Shown piece after piece: positions 50,890 to 61,790 of a DNA stretch of 64,000 nucleotides. Every line of letters begins with the position of its first letter. The stretch's first letter is position 1. The stretch is from an uncultured cyanobacterium (GTDB lineage: Bacteria; Cyanobacteriota; Cyanobacteriia; Cyanobacteriales; CAWCAG01), in NCBI GenBank assembly GCA_963793425.1, contig CAWCAG010000007.1, positions 992,001-1,056,000 on the forward strand, written 5' to 3'. The position numbers and the translations under genes are program-made. Below the pieces are notes generated by a model. It was not told the DNA's origin. It searched no databases and worked only from the letters and a program-made list of their open reading frames with translations.

Positions 50890-51414
50890 TTAATTCCTAC
50901 GGACTTTAGCTTGACTAGCCATCTCTTTAAACATAGTCATGTTTGCTCCCGGTCGGCGACGAGGAGTGGGAGCTGAGACAAAGTTTTTAGAGGCAAAACC
51001 TACAGCATCTGAAGATTCTGACTCTACTTCAACTTTATTGTTATTATTATTACCTTGAACCGCTGATGAGATTAATTGTGCAATGCGATCAGATTCTGAA
51101 GTAGGAGTGGTTGCTTTGGTTTGAGTTTTGACTTGTTGTTGAGTTGATTTCTCTGTTTTCGTCTTCTTGGTTTGGCTATCTTTGAGTTCAGCAACTCCTT
51201 CGGTAACATTCCCTTTTAATTCTGCTGCCTCTTCAGTCACGTTTTCTTGTAACTCGGATACACCTTCAGTCACATTTTCTTTTAATTCTGCTGCGCCTTC
51301 GGTAACATTTTCCTGTAACTCAGCAACACCTTCAGTCACATTTTTCTGTAAATCGGCTGCCCCTTCCTTTAATTCTGCAAAAAAGCCATTCTTTTTTTTT
51401 CCAAGACCGAACAT
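50890..51414 (-). CDS. Hypothetical protein with tandem 11-aa amphipathic repeats
   Basis: Five ELQENVTEGAA-like units; C-terminal RRRPGANM. Confidence 0.75.
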   Translation of the reverse strand: MFGLGKKKNGFFAELKEGAADLQKNVTEGVAELQENVTEGAAELKENVTEGVSELQENVTEEAAELKGNVTEGVAELKDSQTKKTKTEKSTQQQVKTQTKATTPTSESDRIAQLISSAVQGNNNNNKVEVESESSDAVGFASKNFVSAPTPRRRPGANMTMFKEMASQAKVRRN

Positions 51415-51689
51415 TGGCAATAACTCCTGAATTTATAATAAAGTTAGTAGCAACTGAAGTTACCAAACTCCAGTTGTTAGTTTGCTAAGACCTATTTCTT
51501 TAATAAGAGCAAGATAAAATTTAGCAGCGAAGTTTCTATTTCTTATTATTAATAAAGCCAGAAAAATAAATTTCTAGCAATGTTTCTTAATATTTTTTAA
51601 TAAACAGTCTATATTTTAGTTCTCGGAAGCTCTCAAAAAGATATTTTTTTTATAAAAATCAACACTTAACTCATTTTGCACTTGCATAT

Positions 51690-52292
51690 ATGCCAGCACC
51701 TGTTAATCGCAATCCCGTACTACTTGTCCACGGCATCAACGACACCGTTGCTGTTTTCAATTCTATGTCAGCTTACTTGACAAAATTAGGTTGGTCTGTA
51801 TACAAATTAAACTTGACTCCCAATAACGGGGACTTAGGTTTAGATAAATTGGCAATGCAAGTAGCTGCATATATTGAAGCGAACTTTCCTCCTCAACAAC
51901 CTCTAGATTTAGTTGGTTTCAGCATGGGAGGAATTGTTACTCGTTACTACTTGCAAAGACTAGGAGGAATCAAGCGAGTACAACGTTATATTAGTATCTC
52001 CGCACCAAATCATGGCACAATTATTGCTCAATTATCTCAACGTCCGGGGTGTATACAAATGCGTCCCCATAGTTCTTTGCTAAAAGATTTAAACCATGAT
52101 GCTAAAGAGATGTTGGGGAGAGTTGATTACACAACCATCTGGACACCCTTCGATTTAATGATTGTTCCTGCCGGTAGTTCTGTAATGGGAGTAGGAAAAG
52201 AAGTTAAGCTTAATGTTCTTTTGCATCCTTGGATGTTAACTGATTATAGATGTTTGAAAATTGTGGGTAATGCTCTGAGTTCTGAACTATAG
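51690..52292 (+). CDS. Alpha/beta-hydrolase lipase
   Basis: PVLLVHG, GFSMGG nucleophile elbow, SAPNHGT. Confidence 0.9.
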   Translation: MPAPVNRNPVLLVHGINDTVAVFNSMSAYLTKLGWSVYKLNLTPNNGDLGLDKLAMQVAAYIEANFPPQQPLDLVGFSMGGIVTRYYLQRLGGIKRVQRYISISAPNHGTIIAQLSQRPGCIQMRPHSSLLKDLNHDAKEMLGRVDYTTIWTPFDLMIVPAGSSVMGVGKEVKLNVLLHPWMLTDYRCLKIVGNALSSEL

Positions 52293-52299
52293 AGATATA

Positions 52300-53262
52300 A
52301 TGCTAACTCAAATGCAGCAAAAATACCTTTCCTATTTAGGGACATTTTTATTTAGTTTAGGGCTACTTAGTTTAGCAACTTGGACGATTAGCCGCGAACT
52401 TAAAAATTATAGCTATCAAGATATACTCCAAAGCTTAAAAGCTTTACCTAGTGATCGCCTATTTTGGTCACTAATTCTTACCATTCTTTGTTATGGAGTA
52501 ATGACAGGGTATGACACCTTAGCAATGCGTTATATTCGTCATCCCCTACCTTACTGGAAAACAGCTTTTGCTGCTTTCACTAGTATTGCTGTTAGTAATA
52601 ATATTGGTTTTGCCCTCTTGAGTGGTGGGGCTATTCGTTATCGTCTCTATCGCCCTTGGCAGCTATCAAAACTAGAAATTGCTCAAGTCATCGCTTTTGG
52701 TAATCTCAGCTTTTGGCTAGGAATGTTAACTGTAGGAGGCATCTTATTTATTACTTTCCCTTTAGACGTACCTGAATTACTAAATTTCCCCTTTGCCTCA
52801 ATGGATTTATTGGGGGGAATTTGTTTTGCTTTATTGATTGGCTACTTCATCTTTAGCATATTAGCTCAGCATAAAACTTTCTACTGGCGAGGTTCTGTTT
52901 TTCGAGTTCCTTCTCCGCAAATTGCCACTGTGCAAATCACCATTTCTACCATTGATTGGGCTATGGCTGCTGGAGTTCTTTATCTATTATTAGATATTGC
53001 TGCTGTGTTATCTTACTCTACTTTTTTTGGTATTTATTTACTAGCTCAACTAGCCAGAGTTATTAGTAATGTTCCTGCTGGCTTAGGCATATTGGAAACT
53101 GTTATGGTGTTGATGTTAGCCCCCCAAATACCAGCAGATAAAGTTTTGGCAGCTTTGCTGGCTTATCGAGGTATCTATTATCTTCTCCCTTTCGTTATAG
53201 CAAGTATATTACTAGGTAGTTACGAACTTCTCTACCGCCGTCGTAAAAGAGAAAGCGAATAA
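52300..53262 (+). CDS. Lysylphosphatidylglycerol synthase TM / MprF flippase-like domain protein
   Basis: TGYDTLA, LSGGAIRYRLY, SNVPAGLGILE, LLAYRGIYYLLP. Confidence 0.85.
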   Translation: MLTQMQQKYLSYLGTFLFSLGLLSLATWTISRELKNYSYQDILQSLKALPSDRLFWSLILTILCYGVMTGYDTLAMRYIRHPLPYWKTAFAAFTSIAVSNNIGFALLSGGAIRYRLYRPWQLSKLEIAQVIAFGNLSFWLGMLTVGGILFITFPLDVPELLNFPFASMDLLGGICFALLIGYFIFSILAQHKTFYWRGSVFRVPSPQIATVQITISTIDWAMAAGVLYLLLDIAAVLSYSTFFGIYLLAQLARVISNVPAGLGILETVMVLMLAPQIPADKVLAALLAYRGIYYLLPFVIASILLGSYELLYRRRKRESE

Positions 53263-53290
53263 ACAACTCAATCAATTTTCCAGGTTAAAC

Positions 53291-55189
53291 TTAAATCTCT
53301 GGAGTATAAGCAGTTGCTAAAGAGCCATCGGGTTTATAAACTTCCACACGAGTTCTAGAGTCCTCGCTGATAGTTTCTAAAGCCTGTCCGAGGGTAAAAA
53401 CATGGTTGCGTAAATTAACTTCAGCCTGATAATCTTTTTTCGACTGAATTTTCTCGTTGTTTTGATTAATCTTGCTTAAATAAGCAGGGGTAAGGCGTAC
53501 CTTAATCACATTCTTGTTTAAAGTGTAAAAACAAACCCTAGGGTTCCCAGCACAGGTTTTTTCTAAATCTCCCCGTGCTTGCTGCACCCTCATAGCCGTA
53601 AGAAGTTGCTTTTCTGCATCTTCTAAAGATTTACTGTAACTTTTGATTAAGGGTTGAGCTTGATAGTAATAAAATGTGTCTTCAGGGACTTGCTTGACAT
53701 AATTTAAAGCACTGCGCCAGTTATAAGATGCTCTTGACCATTGGTCAATATTTTCTGCACTCTTCGCTAATTCAGCAAGGCGCATTCCTTGGTTATAAGC
53801 GTTGGCAGCAACTTGCTCTTTCATTTTATAGTCCCTGGCTTGGGCTAATCTAGGGGAGAAAGCCTTAAACTTTTCCTGGGCTTGTTCATAGGATGTTGTA
53901 TGCTTAGGAATTTCCTTCAGCTTATTGATCGCTGTTTGCCAAGTTGCTTGGGCAAGCTGCCAATTTTCCAATGATTGAGAAATGCCGTGGCGGGCTTCAG
54001 CCATTCTGCTTACTTCCTCTGCTAATTTAAGATCAACTTTAGCTTTTTTCTCTTCACTTAAGCGCTGATTAATAGTTTGCAGATTAGTCTCGTAAAGAGG
54101 AATTTTGCTTTGTGCCAACTCATAAAAATCACTTTGGGGAGGAATTTGCTTGAGAGAGGCGATCGCTTCTTGCCATAGTTGTTGGGCTTCTACCCACTGA
54201 GCTTCTTGTAAAGGTGTATTCTGGCTTTGATAAGCTGCTTGAGCTGCGGTTTGCAGAGCGCTTACCACCTCTTCTAAGCTTGCTGAACTTTCTTGATAAG
54301 CTTGAAGATAGTTTTGGGCTTCACCGCGATATTTAGACCAAAAAGGGATAGATTGGAGTAGTTCAATAGCTCTATCTAATTGTACCTGGGCTTCAAGGAT
54401 AGCTTTTCCTGATTCTGGCTCTTGTAGAGTATTAGCTGACTCGTTAGCTAATTTTTGTGCTGCTCCAATTTCCGAACATTCTCCCAATACACAAGGGCGA
54501 GTGAGAACATAAAGACTTGCTAAAAATACGCTTAAGCTAATACCTACTCCAGTCCAGATAATAGGTAGCCAAGATTTTGGTTTAGCTGGAATTTCTTCTT
54601 CTTCTTCTTCAACTGACTCTTCTTCAGGTAACTCTTCAAAGACATCAAAAGTTTCTGCTTGTTTTTCTTCTACCAACAGAGATAAAGATTCTTTTGCTGA
54701 GTCCTTTTCTTCTTCTTCCTCTTCTTGAGATTGAGATTGAAGAGGAACATTTTCAACCACATCTTCTGGTAAAGCCTCTTCAGCATCTTCCTCAGTTGGC
54801 GCGATCGCTTCAAACCCAGATAAATCTTCTGGATAATCTTGTCCTTCCACTCCAACAAAGTCCTGTTGGACAATTTCTTCTGTTGCGGCTTCCAACTCAA
54901 AAATATGAAAGGCATAGGGCTGTTTTTGTCCTAGCACCCTCATATAGATAAGTACTCGACTACTGCCTAAACAATTCTGCTCTCGGACAGTTTGTTCTAA
55001 GACACTAAAAGTACGCTTTTGATAGGGCATCACTGATTCTGGATGCTCTACCAAAACAATTAAAGTTCCCTCCTTAAGCAGGCAGCGTACCTGGAGAGGG
55101 GCAAGCTGTAAGGGTTCTGAATGTAGACGCTTCTGTAGTAGAGCTTCTAATTCCTCTAATTTAATTGGTTGTAGCGCTGTTTTTACCAT
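53291..55189 (-). CDS. Membrane-anchored hypothetical protein with acidic linker and helical repeats
   Basis: Glu-rich linker, TM segment, LTRPCVLGEC, repeated WQ.AI..L..IP..Y..AQ. Confidence 0.75.
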   Translation of the reverse strand: MVKTALQPIKLEELEALLQKRLHSEPLQLAPLQVRCLLKEGTLIVLVEHPESVMPYQKRTFSVLEQTVREQNCLGSSRVLIYMRVLGQKQPYAFHIFELEAATEEIVQQDFVGVEGQDYPEDLSGFEAIAPTEEDAEEALPEDVVENVPLQSQSQEEEEEEKDSAKESLSLLVEEKQAETFDVFEELPEEESVEEEEEEIPAKPKSWLPIIWTGVGISLSVFLASLYVLTRPCVLGECSEIGAAQKLANESANTLQEPESGKAILEAQVQLDRAIELLQSIPFWSKYRGEAQNYLQAYQESSASLEEVVSALQTAAQAAYQSQNTPLQEAQWVEAQQLWQEAIASLKQIPPQSDFYELAQSKIPLYETNLQTINQRLSEEKKAKVDLKLAEEVSRMAEARHGISQSLENWQLAQATWQTAINKLKEIPKHTTSYEQAQEKFKAFSPRLAQARDYKMKEQVAANAYNQGMRLAELAKSAENIDQWSRASYNWRSALNYVKQVPEDTFYYYQAQPLIKSYSKSLEDAEKQLLTAMRVQQARGDLEKTCAGNPRVCFYTLNKNVIKVRLTPAYLSKINQNNEKIQSKKDYQAEVNLRNHVFTLGQALETISEDSRTRVEVYKPDGSLATAYTPEI

Positions 55190-55642
55190 AACAACAGCAA
55201 GTATAAAGTGTATAGAGTTAGTATATTGATCCTTAGTTAGGAAGTATAGTTGCTAATTGGGCTTTACGAACAGGTCATTAGGATGAAGTTTGCTTAACTT
55301 GCCTCAAAAAACAGAGAAATTGCTAATTTCAAGGCAGAAATAAATTTTTTCGAGTATAATTTTTTTGTTTGCTCTGTGTATCTCTACTCGAAACGCTACT
55401 AATTGAAACGAAAAACCTTAATATATTCTCTTGGGTATCCGGAATTTTTCAGAGTGCATTGATTAATTGATTGGGAATATTTATAGATTACTGAGGCTCT
55501 GCCCTGAAAAGCTGGGTTAGAAAACTGTAATTAATTAGCGCTACTACCAAAAACTTTATTTTCGTTTATGTAAGTACTGAGCATAGGTTGCACCACAATC
55601 TTGGTGTAGCTTAACGTACTGCAAAGAAAAATTCGGTCTTGA

Positions 55643-58393
55643 TTGCAAGCAAAAGAGAACCCTGAAGTGCTTATACCTCAAAAAAAGCTGCAAAAAATAC
55701 CACCCTTGCCACTACGAGTTTTATTAGTACTACCTTTTTTGGTACAAATTTGTGCCATTGTTGGCATAACAGGGTGGCTTTCTTTTCGCAACGGACAAAA
55801 TGCGGTTAATAATATTGCTGCGGAGTTGCAAGGAGAAGTTCAATCTCAAGTAGAACATTACCTTGATGATTACTTAGCATTGCCTCAACAGATTAATCAG
55901 ATTAACTTAGAAGCCGCTAAATTAGATTTGCTTAATTTAGAAGATTTTTCCCAGACTGGAAAGTACTTTTGGCAGCAAATGCAAGTGTTTGATGTTGGCT
56001 ACATTAACTATGCCACTACCGAAGGAGAGTTTATCGGTATTGAACGCCTAGATAATAGGGAAATTTTAATTAACGAAGTGCCGTTATTTACCCCAGGTAA
56101 ACTCTATATTCACAAAACAGATAGTGAAGGGAATCGTACCAAACAGATTGATCTCAAAACCGGTTATGATCCTCGCCTTGAAGCTTGGTATGCCGATGCC
56201 GTAGAAGCCGGTAAACCTGTTTGGAGTGCAATTTATCAATGGGAAGATAAACCAGAGGTTTTATCCATTTCTTCTAGCTATCCTGTCTATGATGAGAAGC
56301 AAAATCTTCAAGGAGTTATTGGAGTTGATTTAATTCTTTCTCAAATCAACATTTTTCTGAGCAATATAGATTTAGATCGTTCCGGGGAAACCTTTATTTT
56401 AGAACGTAACGGCTTATTGGTAGCCAGTTCAGCGAACAAACAATCTTTTGATGTTGTGGATGGTGAAGTAACCAGAAAGAAAGCTGTTAACAGCAAAGAT
56501 ATTATTGTTAGTTCTGCGGTTCAATATTTACAAAAACATTTTGGTCAATTAACAGCTATTGAAAAACCAGCCAACTTAGCATTTTATCTTGATAATCAAA
56601 AACAATTCCTCCAAGTTCTTCCTTACCAAGATGCCTTGGGCTTAGACTGGTTAGTAATCACAGTCATACCAGAATCAGATTTTATCTCTCAGGTACAAAG
56701 CAATACTCGTAACACCATCTTGCTTTGTTTGGGCGCTTTAATTATTGCGATTATTGTTGGTATTTTAACCTCTCGTTGGATCAGTAAACCAATTCGAGAG
56801 TTGAGTGGCGCAAGCAAAGCCATCGCCAATGGTAAATTAGATCAAAAAGTTGAAGTGGGTAGGGTAAAAGAATTAGGAGTATTAGCCCGTTCCTTCAACA
56901 AAATGACTCAACAACTACATGATTCTTTCGCTGCTTTGGCCAGAAATAATCAAGATTTAGAAAAAAAAGTTAAATTAAGAACGACAGCCCTTGAAGAATC
57001 TGAAGCACAACAAAAACAATTAAATCAACAACTAGAAGAAAGAGTTCAGCAACGTACCGCAGAATTAGAAAAAGCGAAAAGGAGAATGCAATTTATGGCT
57101 TTGCATGATCCTTTGACGAATTTACCTAACCGAACTCTCTTTCTAGAAAAGTTAGCAGATTCTCTTGATAGTAGCCGAAAAGAGCCAGATTATTTATTTG
57201 CTGTACTATTTTTAGACTGCGATCGCTTCAAAGTCATCAACGATTCTTTGGGGCATTCGGCAGGGGATGACTTGTTAATTATTCTCACCAGCCGTTTAAT
57301 TTCTTGTTTACGTCCTGGAGATATTATTGCCCGTTTAGGGGGAGATGAATTTGCCATCCTTCTAAATAAATTAAACAGCACCGAAGATGCCATAACTGTT
57401 GCCCAAGCAATTCAACAAACAACGAACCAACCTTGTCAACTCAACCATTATCAAGTATTTATGAACTTCAGCATTGGCATTTGTCCTGGTTGGGGATACC
57501 AACAACCAGAACATTTGTTGAGGGATGCTGACACAGCAATGTATGCAGCCAAGGCTTCTGGCAAAGGTGCTTTCAAGGTATTTGATGCAGAGATGCACGC
57601 TAATGCGGTGGAATTATTAAACTTAGAAACTGACTTGCGTAAAGCCATAGAAAGGGAGGAGTTTTTAGTTTACTATCAACCTATCGTTTGCCTAGAAACA
57701 GGTAAAATAAAAGCTTTTGAAGCCCTAGTACGCTGGCAACATCCCCAACGGGGCTTTGTTTCTCCAGGACAATTTATTCCCATAGCAGAAGAAACTGGTT
57801 TAATTATTCCTTTGGGTATGTTGGTATTGCGACAAGCCTGTCATCAGCTTCAGCGTTGGCAAAAACTATTTTTACCGGAAGATTCTCTGACTATGAGTGT
57901 TAATCTTTCAGTTAAACAGTTTTCTCAACCAGACTTATTAGGACAAATTGATCAAGTTATTACAGAAACCAACTTAGATAGTCGTAGTTTAAAGCTAGAA
58001 ATTACTGAAAGTGCCATCATGGGCAACCAAGAAGATGTCCTCACCCTCCTTAACCAAATTAAAGAACGCCAAATACAATTAAGTATTGATGATTTTGGTA
58101 CAGGTTATTCTTCTTTTAGTTACCTACATCGCTTACCTTTTGACACCTTAAAAATTGATCGTTCTTTTGTCAGTAACCTAGATGGGGTGAAAAAGCATCG
58201 AGAAATTGTGGAAGCGATCGCAACTTTAGCCCAAAAGTTAAAAATGCAAGTCATTGCCGAAGGTATAGAAACAGAACAACAATTAGCACACTTAAGAAGT
58301 TTAGGATGCGATTTTGGTCAAGGTTGGTTTTTCTCTAAACCTTTATCCCAAGAATCTGCTGAGGAGATGTTGTTAAGTTCTCCTAAATGGTGA
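55643..58393 (+). CDS. Cache-HAMP-GGDEF-EAL diguanylate cyclase/phosphodiesterase
   Basis: YDPRLEAWY, HAMP, HDPLTNLPNR, RLGGDEF, FEALVRW, IDDFGTGYSS. Confidence 0.93.
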   Translation: MQAKENPEVLIPQKKLQKIPPLPLRVLLVLPFLVQICAIVGITGWLSFRNGQNAVNNIAAELQGEVQSQVEHYLDDYLALPQQINQINLEAAKLDLLNLEDFSQTGKYFWQQMQVFDVGYINYATTEGEFIGIERLDNREILINEVPLFTPGKLYIHKTDSEGNRTKQIDLKTGYDPRLEAWYADAVEAGKPVWSAIYQWEDKPEVLSISSSYPVYDEKQNLQGVIGVDLILSQINIFLSNIDLDRSGETFILERNGLLVASSANKQSFDVVDGEVTRKKAVNSKDIIVSSAVQYLQKHFGQLTAIEKPANLAFYLDNQKQFLQVLPYQDALGLDWLVITVIPESDFISQVQSNTRNTILLCLGALIIAIIVGILTSRWISKPIRELSGASKAIANGKLDQKVEVGRVKELGVLARSFNKMTQQLHDSFAALARNNQDLEKKVKLRTTALEESEAQQKQLNQQLEERVQQRTAELEKAKRRMQFMALHDPLTNLPNRTLFLEKLADSLDSSRKEPDYLFAVLFLDCDRFKVINDSLGHSAGDDLLIILTSRLISCLRPGDIIARLGGDEFAILLNKLNSTEDAITVAQAIQQTTNQPCQLNHYQVFMNFSIGICPGWGYQQPEHLLRDADTAMYAAKASGKGAFKVFDAEMHANAVELLNLETDLRKAIEREEFLVYYQPIVCLETGKIKAFEALVRWQHPQRGFVSPGQFIPIAEETGLIIPLGMLVLRQACHQLQRWQKLFLPEDSLTMSVNLSVKQFSQPDLLGQIDQVITETNLDSRSLKLEITESAIMGNQEDVLTLLNQIKERQIQLSIDDFGTGYSSFSYLHRLPFDTLKIDRSFVSNLDGVKKHREIVEAIATLAQKLKMQVIAEGIETEQQLAHLRSLGCDFGQGWFFSKPLSQESAEEMLLSSPKW

Positions 58394-58501
58394 TTTTATT
58401 GATCATTTATGATTTATCATTAAACATTAAATAACCTTCTCCCTGCTCCCTCAAACCAAGAATTTAGTACTTTACAAGCAAGAGAATTGCTATAGTTTGG
58501 G

Positions 58502-58939
58502 ATGCTAACACTTACCCAAAGACTGCCATCTACTGAAAACCTCAATGCGGCTATAACTCTTTTCCTCACAGCGGAAAAGCGTACTCGAAGTCGCCATCGT
58601 TTTGAGATGCCAGACGGCCAATCTTTATATTTACGGCTGCCCAGAGGTACAATATTGCAAGATGGGGATTTATTACTTTCAGAAGCAGAAAATGTAGTCG
58701 TTCGTGTTGAAGCACAACCAGAACCAGTGATCACTGTTAGAGGAAAAAATCACCTCGATTTGTTGCGGGCAGCTTATCACTTAGGAAATAGACACGTTCC
58801 TTTAGAAATAACTACCAATTATTTACGTCTTAATCTCGATTCTGTTCTCTTTTCTATGCTCTTAAAAATGGGTTTAGATGTACAGGAAGAAGTTGTACCT
58901 TTTTATCCTGAAGTTGGTGCTTATAACCATAATCATTAA
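58502..58939 (+). CDS. ureE: Urease accessory protein
   Basis: RTRSRHR, LPRGTILQDGD, AYHLGNRH, FYPEVGAYNHNH. Confidence 0.93.
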   Translation: MLTLTQRLPSTENLNAAITLFLTAEKRTRSRHRFEMPDGQSLYLRLPRGTILQDGDLLLSEAENVVVRVEAQPEPVITVRGKNHLDLLRAAYHLGNRHVPLEITTNYLRLNLDSVLFSMLLKMGLDVQEEVVPFYPEVGAYNHNH

Positions 58940-58961
58940 GCTACGAAGCAGACAGAATTGC

Positions 58962-60947
58962 TTAGGCTCCAAATGCTCCAACAACACTAAACTCGTCGCT
59001 TCCGGTATTTACATGAGCTTGATAAACTACTAAATCAAACCAGAAGGTTGTACCCACTCCTACCTCACTAACCAAGTGAACTTTACTGTGGTGTTTGTCA
59101 ATAATATTTCTCACAATTGATAGTCCTAAGCCTGTACCTTCTAAGGTATGAACGCGGTTTTCTACTCGGAAAAAGCGGTCAAAAATTGCCTGCTGATCTT
59201 CAGTATCAATACCTGTTCCAGTATCAGAAACTTCTACTCGGACTTTAGGGACAGAATCGCGATGATCAGGATTATTAATTAGTTGGTAAGCACGAACAAC
59301 TACTTTCCCACCTGATTCTGTAAATTTAAGGGAGTTTCCCACTAGGTTAGCTAAAACCTGAAGAATCAAGTCATAATTGCCTGCTACGGAAGGTAAATTT
59401 TCTCCAATTTCTTGCTCTAATTTAATACCTTTATCCTTCGCATTAAGATAACAAGTACGCAAAGTTTGTTCGATAGGCTGAGCTAGATTTACAGGTTCTA
59501 AGTTATAAACTTTATTAGACTCTAAGCGAGACAAATCCAAGACATCATTAACCAAACGAGTTAACCTATCAGTTTCATGATTAGCTGTTTGCAGAAACTC
59601 TTTGCGTTCAACTTCTGTTAAGTCTTCTCCATATTCATGGAGGGTTTCAATAAATGATTTGATATTAAACAAAGGGGTTCTCAACTCGTGAGAAACATTA
59701 CTAATAAATTGGCTTTTGGCCTCATTTAGTTCAACCTCGCGGGTAATATCCTGAACTGTCATCGCAATACCTTTGATACTTTCTCGGTATTGATTCAGCA
59801 CTTTAGTTAAAAGAATACGAACAGTTCGTGGAGTTGGTTCACTTAAGGTTAAACGAAACTCGCTTCCTTCCCTTTCTAAATAGGATTCAGCTTCTGAATC
59901 TTGTTTATTAATTTGTTCGCTAGCAACAAGTTTATAGAGAGTTTCTGTAATTTTAACTGTTACATCCGCTGGTAAGTTTTTGAGTACATTTTTGCCAATT
60001 AATTCTTTTCCTTCCCAGCCAAAAATTTTACGGGCAGTAGGATTTACTAACATTACTTGTAAATCCGTATCTATCAATACTGCACCATCAGCAATGGTTG
60101 AAACTAAAGTTTCCAGCTTAGCTTTTTCTGCTGTTAGTTCTTCAATATTTTGTTCTTCGTATCTTTCCAATCTTTCTGCCATTTCATTGAAACTGTAAAT
60201 TAACTCGCCTAACTCTCCTCCTAATGGCAAATCGATTCGTTGCTTAAAATTACCAGCAGCAATATTTTTTACTCCTAATAACAGTTCCTTAATTGGCTTA
60301 GTAATATTAAGGGCGTTAAAAACTCCCCCTAAAATAACCATCGCCCAAATAGAGACAAAAACAGCGATAGTTACATCCCTCGTTAAATTAGAAGAAGCTA
60401 CTACCGTAGGATTAGGATTAATCCCCAATGCTAATACCCCCAAATACTCACCATCTTGGTTAAGAGGAACAAAAACATCAGTAACTTCTCCATTAGGAAC
60501 GAGATGTTGCCGTACCATAGGTAAGGTGGAGTTCTCAGCATAATTTTCCGGCAGCTCAATATTACGCTGAATAGCCAAAGAGTTCTTAACTTCCGATTCG
60601 GAAAAAGGAATACCAAAGAAAATTCTACCTTCTTGATCCGCGTAAATCATGTAGCGAACGCTGGAAGTACTGCGATAAAAGCGACTAGAAAAACGAGCAA
60701 CTTCAGTTAAATTATGATCAGCAATTAAAGGTGTAACATTAGCAGCTAACAAAAGTCCCAAATCTCGACCAAAACGAGTATCATTTAGTCGAGCATCCTG
60801 CTGAATTGTATTAACTGCCCAAAAGGTCAAACCACTCATAATTAGTGACACCACTAAAGTTCCCGCCGCCATTAAGCGAGTTTGGAGAGTGAAATCTGAC
60901 CACCAGTGGACTATTGCTTCTTGGAGCTTGTTGAATAGAGCCAGCAA
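58962..60947 (-). CDS. nblS: Sensor histidine kinase NblS/Hik33/DspA
   Basis: WWSDFTLQTRLMA, DARLNDTRFGRDLGLLLA, HAMP-PAS, SHELRTPLFNIKS, ENRVHTLEGTGLGL. Confidence 0.95.
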   Translation of the reverse strand: MLALFNKLQEAIVHWWSDFTLQTRLMAAGTLVVSLIMSGLTFWAVNTIQQDARLNDTRFGRDLGLLLAANVTPLIADHNLTEVARFSSRFYRSTSSVRYMIYADQEGRIFFGIPFSESEVKNSLAIQRNIELPENYAENSTLPMVRQHLVPNGEVTDVFVPLNQDGEYLGVLALGINPNPTVVASSNLTRDVTIAVFVSIWAMVILGGVFNALNITKPIKELLLGVKNIAAGNFKQRIDLPLGGELGELIYSFNEMAERLERYEEQNIEELTAEKAKLETLVSTIADGAVLIDTDLQVMLVNPTARKIFGWEGKELIGKNVLKNLPADVTVKITETLYKLVASEQINKQDSEAESYLEREGSEFRLTLSEPTPRTVRILLTKVLNQYRESIKGIAMTVQDITREVELNEAKSQFISNVSHELRTPLFNIKSFIETLHEYGEDLTEVERKEFLQTANHETDRLTRLVNDVLDLSRLESNKVYNLEPVNLAQPIEQTLRTCYLNAKDKGIKLEQEIGENLPSVAGNYDLILQVLANLVGNSLKFTESGGKVVVRAYQLINNPDHRDSVPKVRVEVSDTGTGIDTEDQQAIFDRFFRVENRVHTLEGTGLGLSIVRNIIDKHHSKVHLVSEVGVGTTFWFDLVVYQAHVNTGSDEFSVVGAFGA

Positions 60948-61067
60948 AGATTAATAGGAATAAATTACTAACAGTTCTTAATAATTATAAACGTTTTGTC
61001 TCCATGAGCAGTTATTAATGAGTAGAGTGCGGCAACGACAAGCCGTACAGTTATCAGTGCAAATAGA

Positions 61068-61565
61068 TTAAATTTCTTCTATTGGGGGATAACCATCTCG
61101 TACTACTTTCACTTCTGTGGGGGTTTTACCTAAGATACGAGCTAAGGGCAGAAGCGAACTATCCTTAATCTCCTTTCCCTCATAAATATCCTTAAGGTCA
61201 TCTAAGGATAGCTTATAGGAATCGCAAAAACGAATAAAGTCTTTTTTACTCACATCTAGCTCTTTTTGCCTTTCTCTTAAAAGAATTGCGATCGCCTTTG
61301 TACCATATTTAGGCCTTTCCACTCTATTTCTATAACTTTTTGCCAGCTCAGATACTTCCCTTAAATCTCCTCCTCGCTCAATAATCAGGTCACGACAGGC
61401 TTTTTCCAAGGCTTTACTTTGCCGAATTTCCTCATTGAAAAAGCGGACAACTTGCTTAGCATATTCTGGTTGCAAGAAACCAACAATTTCACCTTGATAA
61501 TAAATTGGTAAGAATTGTTTATCTTCATTGAGTTCCCAATCTAAAGGCTCATCTCGTAACACCAT
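61068..61565 (-). CDS. Hypothetical protein with possible C-terminal HTH
   Basis: LLRERQKELDVS..F..FCDSY.LS..LARILG. Confidence 0.7.
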   Translation of the reverse strand: MVLRDEPLDWELNEDKQFLPIYYQGEIVGFLQPEYAKQVVRFFNEEIRQSKALEKACRDLIIERGGDLREVSELAKSYRNRVERPKYGTKAIAILLRERQKELDVSKKDFIRFCDSYKLSLDDLKDIYEGKEIKDSSLLPLARILGKTPTEVKVVRDGYPPIEEI

Positions 61566-61790
61566 CACCACTCCAAACAAAGATATTCTATGAAGCTATA
61601 CCAGTAGAGTTTATCTTTAATTCCAATACCTCAAACAGCAATTACAAAAAGAATTACCACTATTGGAGAAAGTTGCAGAATGAGAAGAGAAGGTTATGAT
61701 ACGGCTCATGTTCAAAGGCTTTCGCAGTAACAGCTTTACGAGTTGCGGGTGACCAAAAATTCCAGGTGTTACTGTAATTAAATCAAAGAG

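Noticed and set aside
55606..55619. NtcA site GTA-N8-TAC upstream of the GGDEF-EAL gene
   Set aside because: Matches the minimal consensus, but no suitably spaced -10 before the start codon; such matches are common by chance
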